DNA from: Ignavibacteriota bacterium
Lineage (GTDB): Bacteria > Bacteroidota > Ignavibacteria > Palsa-1295
Direction: 5' to 3'
NCBI GenBank assembly: GCA_963787835.1
Contig: CAWBEI010000004.1
Span: 224,001 to 288,000, forward strand
Length of the DNA stretch: 64,000 nucleotides
This document shows, one piece after another, positions 19,182 through 28,998 of this stretch. The position numbers and the translations under genes were made by a program. Every line of letters starts with the position of its first letter. The first letter of the stretch is position 1. Under the pieces are notes generated by a model, which had not been told where the DNA came from, made no database searches, and saw only the letters and a program-made list of their open reading frames with translations.

Positions 19182-19639
19182 GCAGAGGTTTGAATTAGAG
19201 CCTGGATTTTATCCAATTGCTCATCGCTCATTCGAGGTCCATCATGGGTCGAAAGATAGCCTTGATAACGCTCGTTGAATTCATCAAGTTGGCTATGGAT
19301 GGGTTTCCACTCACCATCGGGAATGCCGTGCATCGGAATGAGCTTCACATGAGCATGATCAATCCCCATTCCTTCCATCACAATTCCTGTTCGTTTTGTC
19401 CCAAGTTTACGGTCGAGTATCAGAGCCAGGTTGCGCGCCGTTGTCAGTAATTCAGAATAGCGATCTGCATCGAGAGTGGGAACGTAACTTGGTTGGTGTT
19501 CTCGGGTCGCAAGTACCGTAAAACCCGGAGTATTTGGAAACGGCGTAAGAAAAGCTACGTGATGCTCGTCTTCATAAACTATCCATCGTTTTTCATTACC
19601 CTGAATCAGACGGCAAAAAAAGCACTCTTCTTTGTTCAT
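19178..19639 (-). CDS. HIT family protein
   Basis: CFFC at N-terminus, PNTPGFT, histidine-triad variant DHAHVKLIPMHG; start reassigned to ATG 19639. Confidence 0.88.
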   Translation of the reverse strand: MNKEECFFCRLIQGNEKRWIVYEDEHHVAFLTPFPNTPGFTVLATREHQPSYVPTLDADRYSELLTTARNLALILDRKLGTKRTGIVMEGMGIDHAHVKLIPMHGIPDGEWKPIHSQLDEFNERYQGYLSTHDGPRMSDEQLDKIQALIQTSA

Positions 19640-19655
19640 TCTAAAATATGGGAAA

Positions 19656-19877
19656 TTAAAGAGCGAGAATTTTATCAAGCCCCGTCGTTCGACCAGCACG
19701 ATATTCTTCCATTGCCACTTGCCCCATTCCTGCCAACTCATCCTGCGATTGCTCGAATAATTCATTCCAACGAAGTTCGGATTCCATTTCCGCCATAAAA
19801 AGCGCGCCAAATTCATCCTGAAGCTCTGGTGGTAATGACGTTGCTTTTTCAAACGCCTTTTCCAGAAGTTGTGTCAT
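19656..19877 (-). CDS. putative antitoxin-like small protein
   Basis: MTQLLEKAFEKATSLPPELQD..WNELF..EEYRAGRT resembles small antitoxins usually paired with RelE/ParE-type toxins. Confidence 0.65.
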   Translation of the reverse strand: MTQLLEKAFEKATSLPPELQDEFGALFMAEMESELRWNELFEQSQDELAGMGQVAMEEYRAGRTTGLDKILAL

Positions 19878-19920
19878 AAAACGTTCAACCGGATAGGACA
19901 AACACGGGTTCCACCTTGCT

Positions 19921-20691
19921 TTATTCAGGCATTTCAAAAGTTAATCCATCATACCCAAGTCGCACATTCGTTGGCAGATCGCGTTCCGTTGGTTCGTGTT
20001 TTACATCGTGATTGATATGGGTGAGATAGGTTATGCGCGGAGCAATGCGCCCAGCCTGTTCGATGGCTTGCTCGATCGTTAGATGAGTGGGGTGGGGCTT
20101 GAAACGGAGTCCATCCAGAACAAGTGTGTCAAGTCCTTCGAGGAGTGGATACGATGGTTCCGGAATCTCGCTGCAATCTGTTAGATATGCGAATTTACCA
20201 ATTCGAAAGCCGAGGATTGGCAGTGTGCCATGTAGTATCGGAATTGGAATGATCTCCAAATCGAAAAGAGGAAATGGGCGGTCGCTAATTTCAACAATAT
20301 TTACTTCCGGTAATCCGCCGCCGGTTTGGATCGCTGCACCGAAAGCATAATCGAATGTTTTCCGGAGACGCTCGGTAACAGATGCAGTTGCATAACAAAC
20401 CGGAGCCTTCTGCCGTAAAAATTGAAACGCTCGGAGATCGTCAAAGCCCGCAATATGATCGTAATGCTCATGCGTATAAAGCACTGCTTCGAGATGGGTC
20501 ACATGATGCAAAAGCATCTGCTGACGGAAATCCGCGCTGGTATCGATTACGATATTCTTATTGCCATGCTCGATGAGCACACTGACACGCAGCCGTTTAT
20601 CGCGAGGGTCGTCCGATCGGCATGTCTTGCAATTGCAGCCGATCATCGGTACTCCGACCGAGGTGCCCGTGCCAAGCAGCGTGAATCGCAT
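19921..20691 (-). CDS. MBL-fold metallohydrolase (PhnP-like)
   Basis: LGTGTSVGVPMIGCNCKTC, THEHYDHIAGFDDLR, YLTD, HPTH, YDG. Confidence 0.92.
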   Translation of the reverse strand: MRFTLLGTGTSVGVPMIGCNCKTCRSDDPRDKRLRVSVLIEHGNKNIVIDTSADFRQQMLLHHVTHLEAVLYTHEHYDHIAGFDDLRAFQFLRQKAPVCYATASVTERLRKTFDYAFGAAIQTGGGLPEVNIVEISDRPFPLFDLEIIPIPILHGTLPILGFRIGKFAYLTDCSEIPEPSYPLLEGLDTLVLDGLRFKPHPTHLTIEQAIEQAGRIAPRITYLTHINHDVKHEPTERDLPTNVRLGYDGLTFEMPE

Positions 20692-20803
20692 AGTGGATAG
20701 TTAAAAAGTGGAGAGTGGATAGTGATTCATTCTTGCTTGATGTAGATTTAATTGAGAGCGATTTACTGCCCCATTTTCCACTATCCACTGTCAACTATCC
20801 ACT
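20692..20803. repeat. inverted pair of heptamer arrays (AGTGGAT/ATCCACT)
   Basis: agtggatagttaaaaagtggagagtggatagtga ... ttttccactatccactgtcaactatccact. Confidence 0.75.
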
Positions 20804-21057
20804 GACTTCGCTACTTCTTCCTCAATGGCCTCGCGCAGGGCCGGGCGGATAAAGTTATTCCCAAGCCCATATTCATTCAGGCCGAGTGCGAGGGTCCGAA
20901 TTTTCTTCGGCACCGTGAACCGGCGGTTAATAACAAGTAATTTCTCTTCGCGCAGCAGGCAATAGCCACCGCCGAAATTTCCATTCTCGAAACGGAGCTT
21001 AATGCCAAGCTCGCTCGCGAGGCCCTTTAATTCTTCAAATAATTCTTCGTGAGTCAT
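20791..21057 (-). CDS. conserved hypothetical protein
   Basis: MTHEELFEELKGLA..LRFENGNFGGGYCLL..VINRR; plausible head of the operon. Confidence 0.75.
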   Translation of the reverse strand: MTHEELFEELKGLASELGIKLRFENGNFGGGYCLLREEKLLVINRRFTVPKKIRTLALGLNEYGLGNNFIRPALREAIEEEVAKSVDS

Positions 21058-21158
21058 GTAGTAATAATGCAACCGAACCACAGCAACAGAAAAAGCAATG
21101 GATTTAGTTGAGATGGTGAACAGGATTCATTTGTATAAGATGGACATTTCTATCTGCA

Positions 21159-21602
21159 ATGATACATTACACGGAAGTTACTGAGGAAGATGTCTCCGAA
21201 TGGGTATCCCTCGCACTCGCGCTATGGCCCTACGAAACCCAGGCGGATATGCGGGCGCTGTTCCTCAAACGGCTTCCATTATCCAAAGAAAAGAGCATTC
21301 TCTGTAGAGATGAAAAGGGCGAACCGGTTGCATTTATCGATCTTTCGATTCGGGAGGAATATGTCGAAGGCAGTAATTCCAGCCCCGTCGGTTATGTGGA
21401 GGGAATTTATGTGAAGCCGGAGTATAGGATGAAGGGGGTCGCGAGAGAGTTGCTTCGATTAGGCGAGGAATGGTCTCGCTTGAATGGGTGTGCAGAGTTT
21501 GGATCAGATACCGAGTTGGAAAATGTCGAAAGCCAGGCGTTCCATCTGAGAGCTGGCTTTGAGGAGGCCCAGAAGATCGTACACTTCATCAAGAAGCTGT
21601 AG
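21159..21602 (+). CDS. aac(6'): aminoglycoside 6'-N-acetyltransferase-like GNAT
   Basis: ALWP, SIREEYVEGSNSSPVGYVEGIYV, EFGSDTELENVESQAFH..GF..VHFIKKL, as in AAC(6')-I enzymes. Confidence 0.85.
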   Translation: MIHYTEVTEEDVSEWVSLALALWPYETQADMRALFLKRLPLSKEKSILCRDEKGEPVAFIDLSIREEYVEGSNSSPVGYVEGIYVKPEYRMKGVARELLRLGEEWSRLNGCAEFGSDTELENVESQAFHLRAGFEEAQKIVHFIKKL

Positions 21603-21849
21603 CATGTTCCCCGAGTGCGCGCTCGATGATCGCGATCACTTCCGATTGCATAAATCCACGCGGACGAAACCGCGAGCGCGCAAGATGAACGGCTTCTTCG
21701 AGCGTACTGACCTCGCCGCGCAGGTAGAGCCACACATGGTAGCCAAGCCGGTTTCTATCGTTCTCTTCGACAACGGGAACGTTCGCTACGGCAGCATACG
21801 CCTTTTGAGCCAGTTCCGTATCATGCGCTTTGGAGATATGAAGGGACAT
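21589..21849 (-). CDS. hypothetical protein
   Basis: 86 aa ORF starting 4 nt after the M1 peptidase stop, same strand. Confidence 0.65.
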   Translation of the reverse strand: MSLHISKAHDTELAQKAYAAVANVPVVEENDRNRLGYHVWLYLRGEVSTLEEAVHLARSRFRPRGFMQSEVIAIIERALGEHATAS

Positions 21850-21853
21850 CTAT

Positions 21854-23836
21854 TTATTGTGTTATTGACACCCGTTGAGAAACTTGCTCCTGTTGTGACT
21901 TCGCGATCACCAGATAACTACCATTTGCGAGGCCCGCGACTGAGATCGCCCGATCCGCTTGCGAATCTTCCGAAGAAAATTCGTACGATCTAACGGTCTT
22001 TCCAGACGGATCGCAGATGAGGATCGCGACCTGACCGAGAAGATGTGAGCCTCGTAATTCTATCTCAAGCATTTGCTTATGATCGGGATTCGGAAACACG
22101 CCGAGCGTTAAGCCATCCGGTTGTGCTGTGGCTGGTGCAACACCGGCAGTGCCTTCGATGGATTTAACGATCCTCCATAATAACAACCCGTCCGGATCGA
22201 AGATGAGGGTGTCCGGTTGGAATCCAATATTGATGACCGCATTGGTTACGGCAGTCGAATCCATCATAACGGTGTCGAAGGCAATTAGGCCAGACTTCGT
22301 TGTAGCCTTGACCGGCACGAACATGCGGAAATAATTCGTCGAATCATTGTTCTTGACCTGATGGAACGAAATAGTGGCACCCGTGGGCTGTTTGTTCCAC
22401 AGGATCGTGTCCTTCGCATACCCCGTTCCGAACACCCAGGGCTTGAAGAACCATCCGAGATCTTGTTTGGAGATCGTATCGAAATCATTCCAAAGATCGT
22501 GGCTGGTCACGACGCCATACGCATGGGTGTTGCCATAATAACGCACTGCATTAAAAAAGATGGAATCGCCAAGATATTGCCGAAGCATTCCGAGTACGGC
22601 TGCGCCTTTTTGATAGATCGTCGAATACGGATAGTTACTATTATGATGATCGACCGTCGGAGCGCCAAAAAGTGGCAGTGTACTTCCTTTTGCTCCGGCA
22701 ATATTCTCATGCTGGCGCGTAATATATTTTTCTCGCCCGAATAAATGTTCCAGATCGAGCGATTCGCAGAAATGGGCGAAGCCTTCGTTCAGCCAGGCAT
22801 CGTCGAAGGTTTTGCAGGTTACGCGGTCACCCCACCACATGTGCGAAAGCTCGTGGACCGCAATAGTGCTGTTATCCGTGGTATCGGTAAGTGGATTCCC
22901 GCCAAGAATAGTTCTGTCGAGCGAGATCATGGTCTGGTGTTCCATCGAGCCAAAATCTGTTACCGCATATCCGACCTTCTGAAAAGGATAGGGCGCAAAC
23001 AGCGAATCGTAGAACGTGAGGATGGGGCTGACGCGCTCATTCATTTCCTGAGCAGCATTGTTGCTATCGCTTTCTAACGCATAGACATCGAAAGGCACGC
23101 CAAGCGAATTGGTGATGGATTGCATCGTAAATGGCCCGGTCGCAAACGTCAACAGATACGTCGCGATAGGGTAACTTTCATGCCAGTGCACGATGCGTTC
23201 GCCTTTATGGACTCCATCTGGAGTGAGCGAATTCGAAACGAGCGTCCCATTCGAAGCAGTAATATCTCCTGGTACCGTAATAAACGTAAGATCGACGGAA
23301 TCCGCCTTATCATCGGGCAGATCGTAACAGGGAAGCCAATGGCGCGTGCATCCAGTGTAGGGCGCATAAAAGCCAACGCCCATCGCGAACATCATAGTAT
23401 CCGCATCGGTCACGCCGCCCCAGCCGGTGCCATAAGCAGGAGGTTCATATTGCTCAGGTAATGGATGTCCGTGATAATAGGTCAGAACTTGGAATTGGGA
23501 ACCAGTAGGAATAAAACTAAGAAACGTCGGCACAGCTACCAGATATTCGCCCGACTGTGTATCGACCATAGAAATTGCGGATTTCAAGCCATTCACAAAT
23601 ACGCTGTCGATCGTTAAGTATTTGATATATTGAAGAATCTGGAAAATGGAACTATCAGCCGTGGCCATCATCGTCACCTGACCCCAAAGCGAGTCATCGG
23701 CGCGGTCGAGCTGGATCGTGGCATTATAGTAGTGGACATCGTATCCTTTTTCGGGCTGAGCACGTATAATGCCGCCAGCCACGAATACGAGTGTAAGAAA
23801 AATAAATGCGGATTTCACGGTAGTTCTTGTTAACAA
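21854..23836 (-). CDS. M1 family aminopeptidase with T9SS-type C-terminal domain
   Basis: GSMEHQT, HELSHMWWGD..WLNEGFA, YQKGA; FPNP..GSY CTD; signal peptide. Confidence 0.92.
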   Translation of the reverse strand: MLTRTTVKSAFIFLTLVFVAGGIIRAQPEKGYDVHYYNATIQLDRADDSLWGQVTMMATADSSIFQILQYIKYLTIDSVFVNGLKSAISMVDTQSGEYLVAVPTFLSFIPTGSQFQVLTYYHGHPLPEQYEPPAYGTGWGGVTDADTMMFAMGVGFYAPYTGCTRHWLPCYDLPDDKADSVDLTFITVPGDITASNGTLVSNSLTPDGVHKGERIVHWHESYPIATYLLTFATGPFTMQSITNSLGVPFDVYALESDSNNAAQEMNERVSPILTFYDSLFAPYPFQKVGYAVTDFGSMEHQTMISLDRTILGGNPLTDTTDNSTIAVHELSHMWWGDRVTCKTFDDAWLNEGFAHFCESLDLEHLFGREKYITRQHENIAGAKGSTLPLFGAPTVDHHNSNYPYSTIYQKGAAVLGMLRQYLGDSIFFNAVRYYGNTHAYGVVTSHDLWNDFDTISKQDLGWFFKPWVFGTGYAKDTILWNKQPTGATISFHQVKNNDSTNYFRMFVPVKATTKSGLIAFDTVMMDSTAVTNAVINIGFQPDTLIFDPDGLLLWRIVKSIEGTAGVAPATAQPDGLTLGVFPNPDHKQMLEIELRGSHLLGQVAILICDPSGKTVRSYEFSSEDSQADRAISVAGLANGSYLVIAKSQQEQVSQRVSITQ

Positions 23837-23881
23837 GAAGCCGTACCGAGAAGTGGCATCGAGAAGTTCTCATATTTGAAA

Positions 23882-25144
23882 ATGCCGGAAACGACCGAAA
23901 TTCAGCCGAAATCGCTAGCCATTCGCACTATTCCGAATGGGGCAGAGGTGCGTCTGCCGCGCAGCCAGACCACGCCTCTTCCTGACCACATTATCGCTGC
24001 AAGCGAGGAAATGCGGGAGATCGTCTCCGTCGTTCGGGCGATTGCGCCGACGGCCATCACGGTTCTCCTGATCGGCGAAAGTGGGACGGGTAAGGAAGTA
24101 TTTGCCGAACTCATCCACGATCTGAGCGAGCGAAAAGGGCCATTTGTCACTGTTAATTGTGGCGCGATACCGGAGGGACTGATCGAGTCCGAATTATTCG
24201 GACATGAAAAAGGATCGTTCACCGGGGCGGTCGGTCAGCGCAAAGGATTTTTCGAAGCCGCGCAGGATGGCACGCTATTCTTGGATGAGATCGGTGACAT
24301 GCCCTTGCAATTGCAGGTAAAGCTTTTGCGTGCGATAGAAACGGGAACATTTACCCGTGTCGGTTCAACGACTCAGCAAAAGACGAACGCTCGCATTATT
24401 GCTGCTACGAATCGCGATCTTGAGATTGATGTACGCGCCGGTACCTTCCGGGCCGATCTCTATTACCGGTTGCGAGCCGTGATGCTTCGCATTCCGCCGT
24501 TACGCAACCGGCGCGAAGATATTCCGTTCCTTATCGAGACGATGCTCGAAGAGTTCGTCCACAAGCATCATATTGTTGGGCCGGATGGCAAGCCCCGTAT
24601 GCCACAGTTGATGCCGGATGCTACTCAGGCGCTGATCGATCACGAATGGCGGGGGAATATTCGGGAATTAAAAAATACGCTGGAACAGCTCGTCGTCCTG
24701 GTGTGCGCGGTGCAGCAAAATGATGGTCGTTGCATTATTTCCGCGCGCGATGTTGAGCGCTCGCTTGCATCGAGCGCGAATGGATGGGACGGCCAGCGGT
24801 TCGAGCGAACGCTGCCCGCGCCGGCGGTACCACGCGAAAATCCGCAGACGGAACGGGAGCTTATTTACCGCGCATTGCTCGAACTTCGCAGCGATATTGC
24901 CGAGATCAAGAACATCCTTCATGAGCGTGGCACGAACCCACCTCCAACGAATACGCTGGCGCTTCCTGCATCCTCTGCTGGGAGTGCGGAGCCAATTCGT
25001 TCGTTAGACGATCTCGAAACCGAAGCCATTCAGCACGCACTTAATTTTTATCATGGCAACCGCCGCCACGCCGCGAAAGCCCTCGGCATCAGCGAACGAT
25101 CGCTGTACCGAAAACTGAAGGAGAAAGGACTTGAGCAAGTATGA
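23882..25144 (+). CDS. sigma-54-dependent Fis-family transcriptional activator (no receiver domain)
   Basis: GESGTGKE, ESELFGHEKGSFTGA, LFLDEIG, WRGNIREL, C-terminal HTH LGISERSLYRKL. Confidence 0.94.
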   Translation: MPETTEIQPKSLAIRTIPNGAEVRLPRSQTTPLPDHIIAASEEMREIVSVVRAIAPTAITVLLIGESGTGKEVFAELIHDLSERKGPFVTVNCGAIPEGLIESELFGHEKGSFTGAVGQRKGFFEAAQDGTLFLDEIGDMPLQLQVKLLRAIETGTFTRVGSTTQQKTNARIIAATNRDLEIDVRAGTFRADLYYRLRAVMLRIPPLRNRREDIPFLIETMLEEFVHKHHIVGPDGKPRMPQLMPDATQALIDHEWRGNIRELKNTLEQLVVLVCAVQQNDGRCIISARDVERSLASSANGWDGQRFERTLPAPAVPRENPQTERELIYRALLELRSDIAEIKNILHERGTNPPPTNTLALPASSAGSAEPIRSLDDLETEAIQHALNFYHGNRRHAAKALGISERSLYRKLKEKGLEQV

Positions 25145-25251
25145 GGTATGAAGTATGAAGTATGAAAGGGGAAATGTTTTTCGTCGTGTGATGGAGGGCG
25201 GAGTAATTTATTTTTCTCTTCTTTTTATACTTCATACTTCATACTTCATAC
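25139..25251. repeat. inverted pair of heptamer arrays (GTATGAA/TTCATAC) overlapping the lptE 5' end
   Basis: gtatgaggtatgaagtatgaagtatgaa ... tttatacttcatacttcatacttcatac. Confidence 0.82.
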
Positions 25252-25712
25252 TTGCAACAGGATGTTATTCCTTCACCGGCGCCAGCATCCCGCCGCATAT
25301 TCATACCATTGGCATTCCGCTGGTCGAGGATAATTCCGGGTTCGGACAATCGGCGGTGCATCAGGACCTGACGGATCAGCTTACGCAGAAATTCACCAGC
25401 GAGGGTTCGCTGCGCGTGGGAAGTGTTTCGTCTTCGGATGCCAAGATCGAAGCATCCATCCCGGCTTCCGGTATCGATGACGAGCCTGTAAGCGTCAAAG
25501 CCGGTGAGATCGTAACCACAAAGCAGATCACGCTAAAAGTTCACGCCATCTACACCGACCAGAAAAAGCAAAAAGTGTTTTGGGAACGCGATTTCGCCGA
25601 AACTGCTCCCTATGCCATCTCCGGCGGGCTCTCTGCCCAACATACCGCCCTTTCCCAGGCCGAAGATAAAGTTACCAGCGATATTCTGATCGCCGTTATT
25701 TCGAATTGGTAA
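25155..25712 (+). CDS. lptE: LptE-family lipoprotein
   Basis: Lipobox ATGC followed by YSFTGASIPPHIHTIGIP; C-terminal ISNW; adjacent to the sigma54 activator as in Bacteroidota. Confidence 0.82.
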   Translation: MKYERGNVFRRVMEGGVIYFSLLFILHTSYFILATGCYSFTGASIPPHIHTIGIPLVEDNSGFGQSAVHQDLTDQLTQKFTSEGSLRVGSVSSSDAKIEASIPASGIDDEPVSVKAGEIVTTKQITLKVHAIYTDQKKQKVFWERDFAETAPYAISGGLSAQHTALSQAEDKVTSDILIAVISNW

Positions 25713-25716
25713 AACC

Positions 25717-27810
25717 CTATTTTAACAGGGATATCGCTGTTCGCTGAACATTTCCATTCTCGCGGACGACGCACTCATACATTCCCGGCGCGGCACCGCT
25801 GGCATCCCAGGTGAAGGAATGCTCGCCAGCCGATAACTCACCCTCGTAAACACGCGCAACCTCCGCGCCAAGGAGATTGACGATGGTAACTTCTGCCGCG
25901 CCGCTTTCCGAGCAGGAAAATGTTATTGTTGAAGAGGAACTGCAGGGATTGGGGTAGGCTGATATTGATAGCTGCATAGAGGCCGTCGGGGTTACAGCAC
26001 TGGTGTTTATCATTTGGGATAGAGGACGGCTCCAGACGCCGCTAATTTCTGTTCCAGCGAAAAGATCTGTGTCCTGAATTGCGAAGGTATTAACAATATC
26101 AGTCAGACCATCACCAACTGATGTCCAACTCATCCCGTTGTTTGTAGAAAGATAAACACCAAATCCCGAATTCATGCCGCTTGTAGAAGCAAAAATATTC
26201 TCGCCACGTACGAAAAGAGCACTAATGGAAAGTCTTTCATCTGGTAAGCCAGTGCTAGACGAAGCCCAGGTATTTCCACTATTTGTGGAGACAATAATAC
26301 CATTGCCATAGGTGCCAGCAAAAATGTAATTCCCGCTTACCACCAAAGCCGCGATATCATAGTTGCCAGCATTAAGGGAATTCCAACTTGAACCGCTGTC
26401 GGTTGAGAGAAAGACCCCAGAATAAGTGCCAGCGAAAAGGCTCGTTCCGCTCTCTGCAAGAGTATTAATGTAAAAGGAATAACCCGTTAGCCCAATATTA
26501 CTAGCAACCCATTCGTTGCCATTATTGGACGATTTATAAATGCCATTGCCATAAGAACCGGCAAAAAGCATTGTTCCTATTGTTGAAACGGCTCGGATCA
26601 CTACATTTGAAGGAAATCCGTTATTGATAGCATTCCAAGTTGAACCACTGTCTATTGATTGATAAACTCCCCCCGAACTTCCAGACGCCAAAAGGTTTTC
26701 GGGGCTTCCCGCAAAGTTAAAAACTATAGCATCGGTCAAGACGCTGTTCCAAAGAGTTCCATTATTTGTCGATAGATAGATGCCACCATCGGACAAATTT
26801 CCATCCAAGAGGTTTGAGCCCACTGGATATAGTGCGGCAACTGGAAAGCCTGTAAGAGCCTTATTCTTCGCAATCCAACTCATGCCATCATTTGTAGAAA
26901 GAAAAACCCCGTCAATAGTTCCGGCGAAAATATTTGAATCCTCTACAAGGAGTGAAACCACAGCGTCAGTAAGGCCATTGTTGTGCAGCGTCCATGTCTT
27001 TCCACTATCGTTAGATAGATATATTCCGGTATCAGTACCAACTAAAAGAGTGGTTCCACTGGTTGCGAGACAATATGCAGGTCTTCCAAATCCCGTTTGA
27101 GTCCAGCTTCCACCATTGTTCGTCGAAATAAAAACACCTGTGCTCGTGCCAGCAAAAAAATTCGAACCATTGACTTCAAGTGTTATTACATAAAGCCCAT
27201 ACCCCGTCAAGCCATTAGATGCGAGTGTCCAACTTGTACCCTGATTCGTTGATTCATAAATTCCCCCACCTAACGTCCCAGCAAAAATGTTCGTACCGAC
27301 AACCTTAAGGGTATAAATATTAAGGCCTGCGCCATCAATACCGCTATCGATAGCAATCCAGTTTGCTCCACTGTTGGTTGAAAGGTAAATCCCGCTATCA
27401 CCTGTGCCTGCAAAAAGATTTGAGCCGCTTACTGCAAAACAAGTTATATCAGTCGTGGGAGAATTGGCATTAGGAAGGCCCGTGCTCTCTGAATTCCAAC
27501 TCATTCCACTATCCGAAGAAATATAGACACCATAATAACCTCCTTTGTAGAGATTTGATCCACTCGAATAGAGCGAAAAAATTGGGAAATTTCCTTCTAA
27601 GGGATTTCCTGTTTGTTCCCAGGTTGCGCCATTATTGGACGAGGTAAAAACGCATCCTCCATAAGTCCCGGCAAAGATATCGGATCCGATTGCAGCGAGC
27701 CCAGAAATATACCCTCCTAATGGCCCGTTTGTTGGCGTCCACTGGGCATGCACATCAGTGCCAAAGCTGAGTAAACCAATGATAATACCAAGGAAAAAAT
27801 ATTGACGCAT
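25717..27810 (-). CDS. secreted BNR beta-propeller protein with T9SS-type C-terminal domain
   Basis: Signal peptide ..VHA-QW; many FAGT..GxYxSTNNGxxW repeats; GVWSRPLSQM; YPNP..GMYEC; start at ATG 27810. Confidence 0.87.
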   Translation of the reverse strand: MRQYFFLGIIIGLLSFGTDVHAQWTPTNGPLGGYISGLAAIGSDIFAGTYGGCVFTSSNNGATWEQTGNPLEGNFPIFSLYSSGSNLYKGGYYGVYISSDSGMSWNSESTGLPNANSPTTDITCFAVSGSNLFAGTGDSGIYLSTNSGANWIAIDSGIDGAGLNIYTLKVVGTNIFAGTLGGGIYESTNQGTSWTLASNGLTGYGLYVITLEVNGSNFFAGTSTGVFISTNNGGSWTQTGFGRPAYCLATSGTTLLVGTDTGIYLSNDSGKTWTLHNNGLTDAVVSLLVEDSNIFAGTIDGVFLSTNDGMSWIAKNKALTGFPVAALYPVGSNLLDGNLSDGGIYLSTNNGTLWNSVLTDAIVFNFAGSPENLLASGSSGGVYQSIDSGSTWNAINNGFPSNVVIRAVSTIGTMLFAGSYGNGIYKSSNNGNEWVASNIGLTGYSFYINTLAESGTSLFAGTYSGVFLSTDSGSSWNSLNAGNYDIAALVVSGNYIFAGTYGNGIIVSTNSGNTWASSSTGLPDERLSISALFVRGENIFASTSGMNSGFGVYLSTNNGMSWTSVGDGLTDIVNTFAIQDTDLFAGTEISGVWSRPLSQMINTSAVTPTASMQLSISAYPNPCSSSSTITFSCSESGAAEVTIVNLLGAEVARVYEGELSAGEHSFTWDASGAAPGMYECVVRENGNVQRTAISLLK

Positions 27811-27997
27811 AGAAGGGATCAATTTAATTAATGACAATTCATCATATTTCCTAAATACTAAAATACGAAAGAATTGCTTGGCTATTTCAAAAACCAAACT
27901 ATGGGTAGCCAATGAGATAAATGTGAACCGGTATTTGCCGAATATTACTCGACGAACTCGGGGTCATGGCAGCGGAAAACATTAACGCCGGATGGAA

Positions 27998-28402
27998 TTA
28001 ACCTAAACCCATAACCAACAGTCCAGGAACGCGATTGAAGTCCCGCTCATTCAAGGTAACTATTGCGTGTCCGTTACGAATGCAGGATGCGGCGATCCAC
28101 AAATCGTGTAACCCAATGATCTCACCTCTCGTCAGTAGGTCTGCCCATATCACGGCGTGGACGCGGGCCGTTTCCTCATCGATGGGAACGATGGGATATC
28201 GTGCAATGATCGGAGTGAGGAATCGGATTCGCTCTTGCCGGTATTTAGCGGTTGTTGCTCGCTCAACGCCATGCAATAATTCACTGAGCGTAATGACGGA
28301 GAGTAAGCATTCCGAGTTTGCATACTCACGCAACGTTTCGTGAAGCGGCAATCCATTACGCTCGGCGTGGATAATGACGCCGGAATCAATTATGAAGCCC
28401 AC
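27998..28402 (-). CDS. vapC: PIN-domain (VapC-type) toxin
   Basis: IIDSGVII, ITLSELLHG, HDLWIAASC, VTLNERDFNRVPGL. Confidence 0.9.
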   Translation of the reverse strand: MGFIIDSGVIIHAERNGLPLHETLREYANSECLLSVITLSELLHGVERATTAKYRQERIRFLTPIIARYPIVPIDEETARVHAVIWADLLTRGEIIGLHDLWIAASCIRNGHAIVTLNERDFNRVPGLLVMGLG

Positions 28403-28668
28403 GGGTCGCGGATGGTTTGAGCGTTAGCCAGTCGGCGTAATTCTGCCACATCTTTCGCGAATGCCTCGGCATTTTCAGAGGAAAGATGCGGAAGCGATTC
28501 AAAAAAATCGGAGAGTTCGCCAACGCGTATGCCAGATTTCGGCGCCGGTTGCACCTCGTCTGCGGAAGTGATAGAGATTCGGATCGTCTCATGGGCGAAG
28601 AGCGCCTTGATCTTATCGACCAGCGGCGACCCGAGTTCATCCGAATTTAGTTGAAAGATTGCTTCCAT
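28390..28668 (-). CDS. putative antitoxin for the downstream PIN toxin
   Basis: 92 aa acidic ORF ending RDPWAS and overlapping the toxin start. Confidence 0.72.
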   Translation of the reverse strand: MEAIFQLNSDELGSPLVDKIKALFAHETIRISITSADEVQPAPKSGIRVGELSDFFESLPHLSSENAEAFAKDVAELRRLANAQTIRDPWAS

Positions 28669-28998
28669 GTATTCCCTAACGGCAAGGCTGAGATAACAGT
28701 TGCCAGAATAATATCCGGATTTCAAGCGCGGGGGAAAATAATGACGTAGATTAGTGTTTGCTTTGATGGGCACCTGTATCAATTTTCAATTAAGAATTGA
28801 GAATTAAGAATGGGGGCTGCGATCGTTCATTGAAAATTGCGATGGGTTTCGATATGAACGAGTTCTTTGTGAAAGGGAATTTTTAATAACTTTTACAACA
28901 AATGGCGAAATTAGCTCAAATTCGAGGGTGGTCGGGAACTCAACAAGAAAAAAAATGGCACCTATTTCTTTGGGCAAGTGAGCACCATTTTCCAGTAG

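Noticed and set aside
19640-19852. Long N-terminal extension on the HIT ORF
   Set aside because: It overlaps the antitoxin-like gene in another frame; the HIT domain starts at ATG 19639
23882-25712. Receiver-less sigma54 activator next to lptE as a novel regulatory module
   Set aside because: This pairing is, to my knowledge, a common conserved arrangement in Bacteroidota
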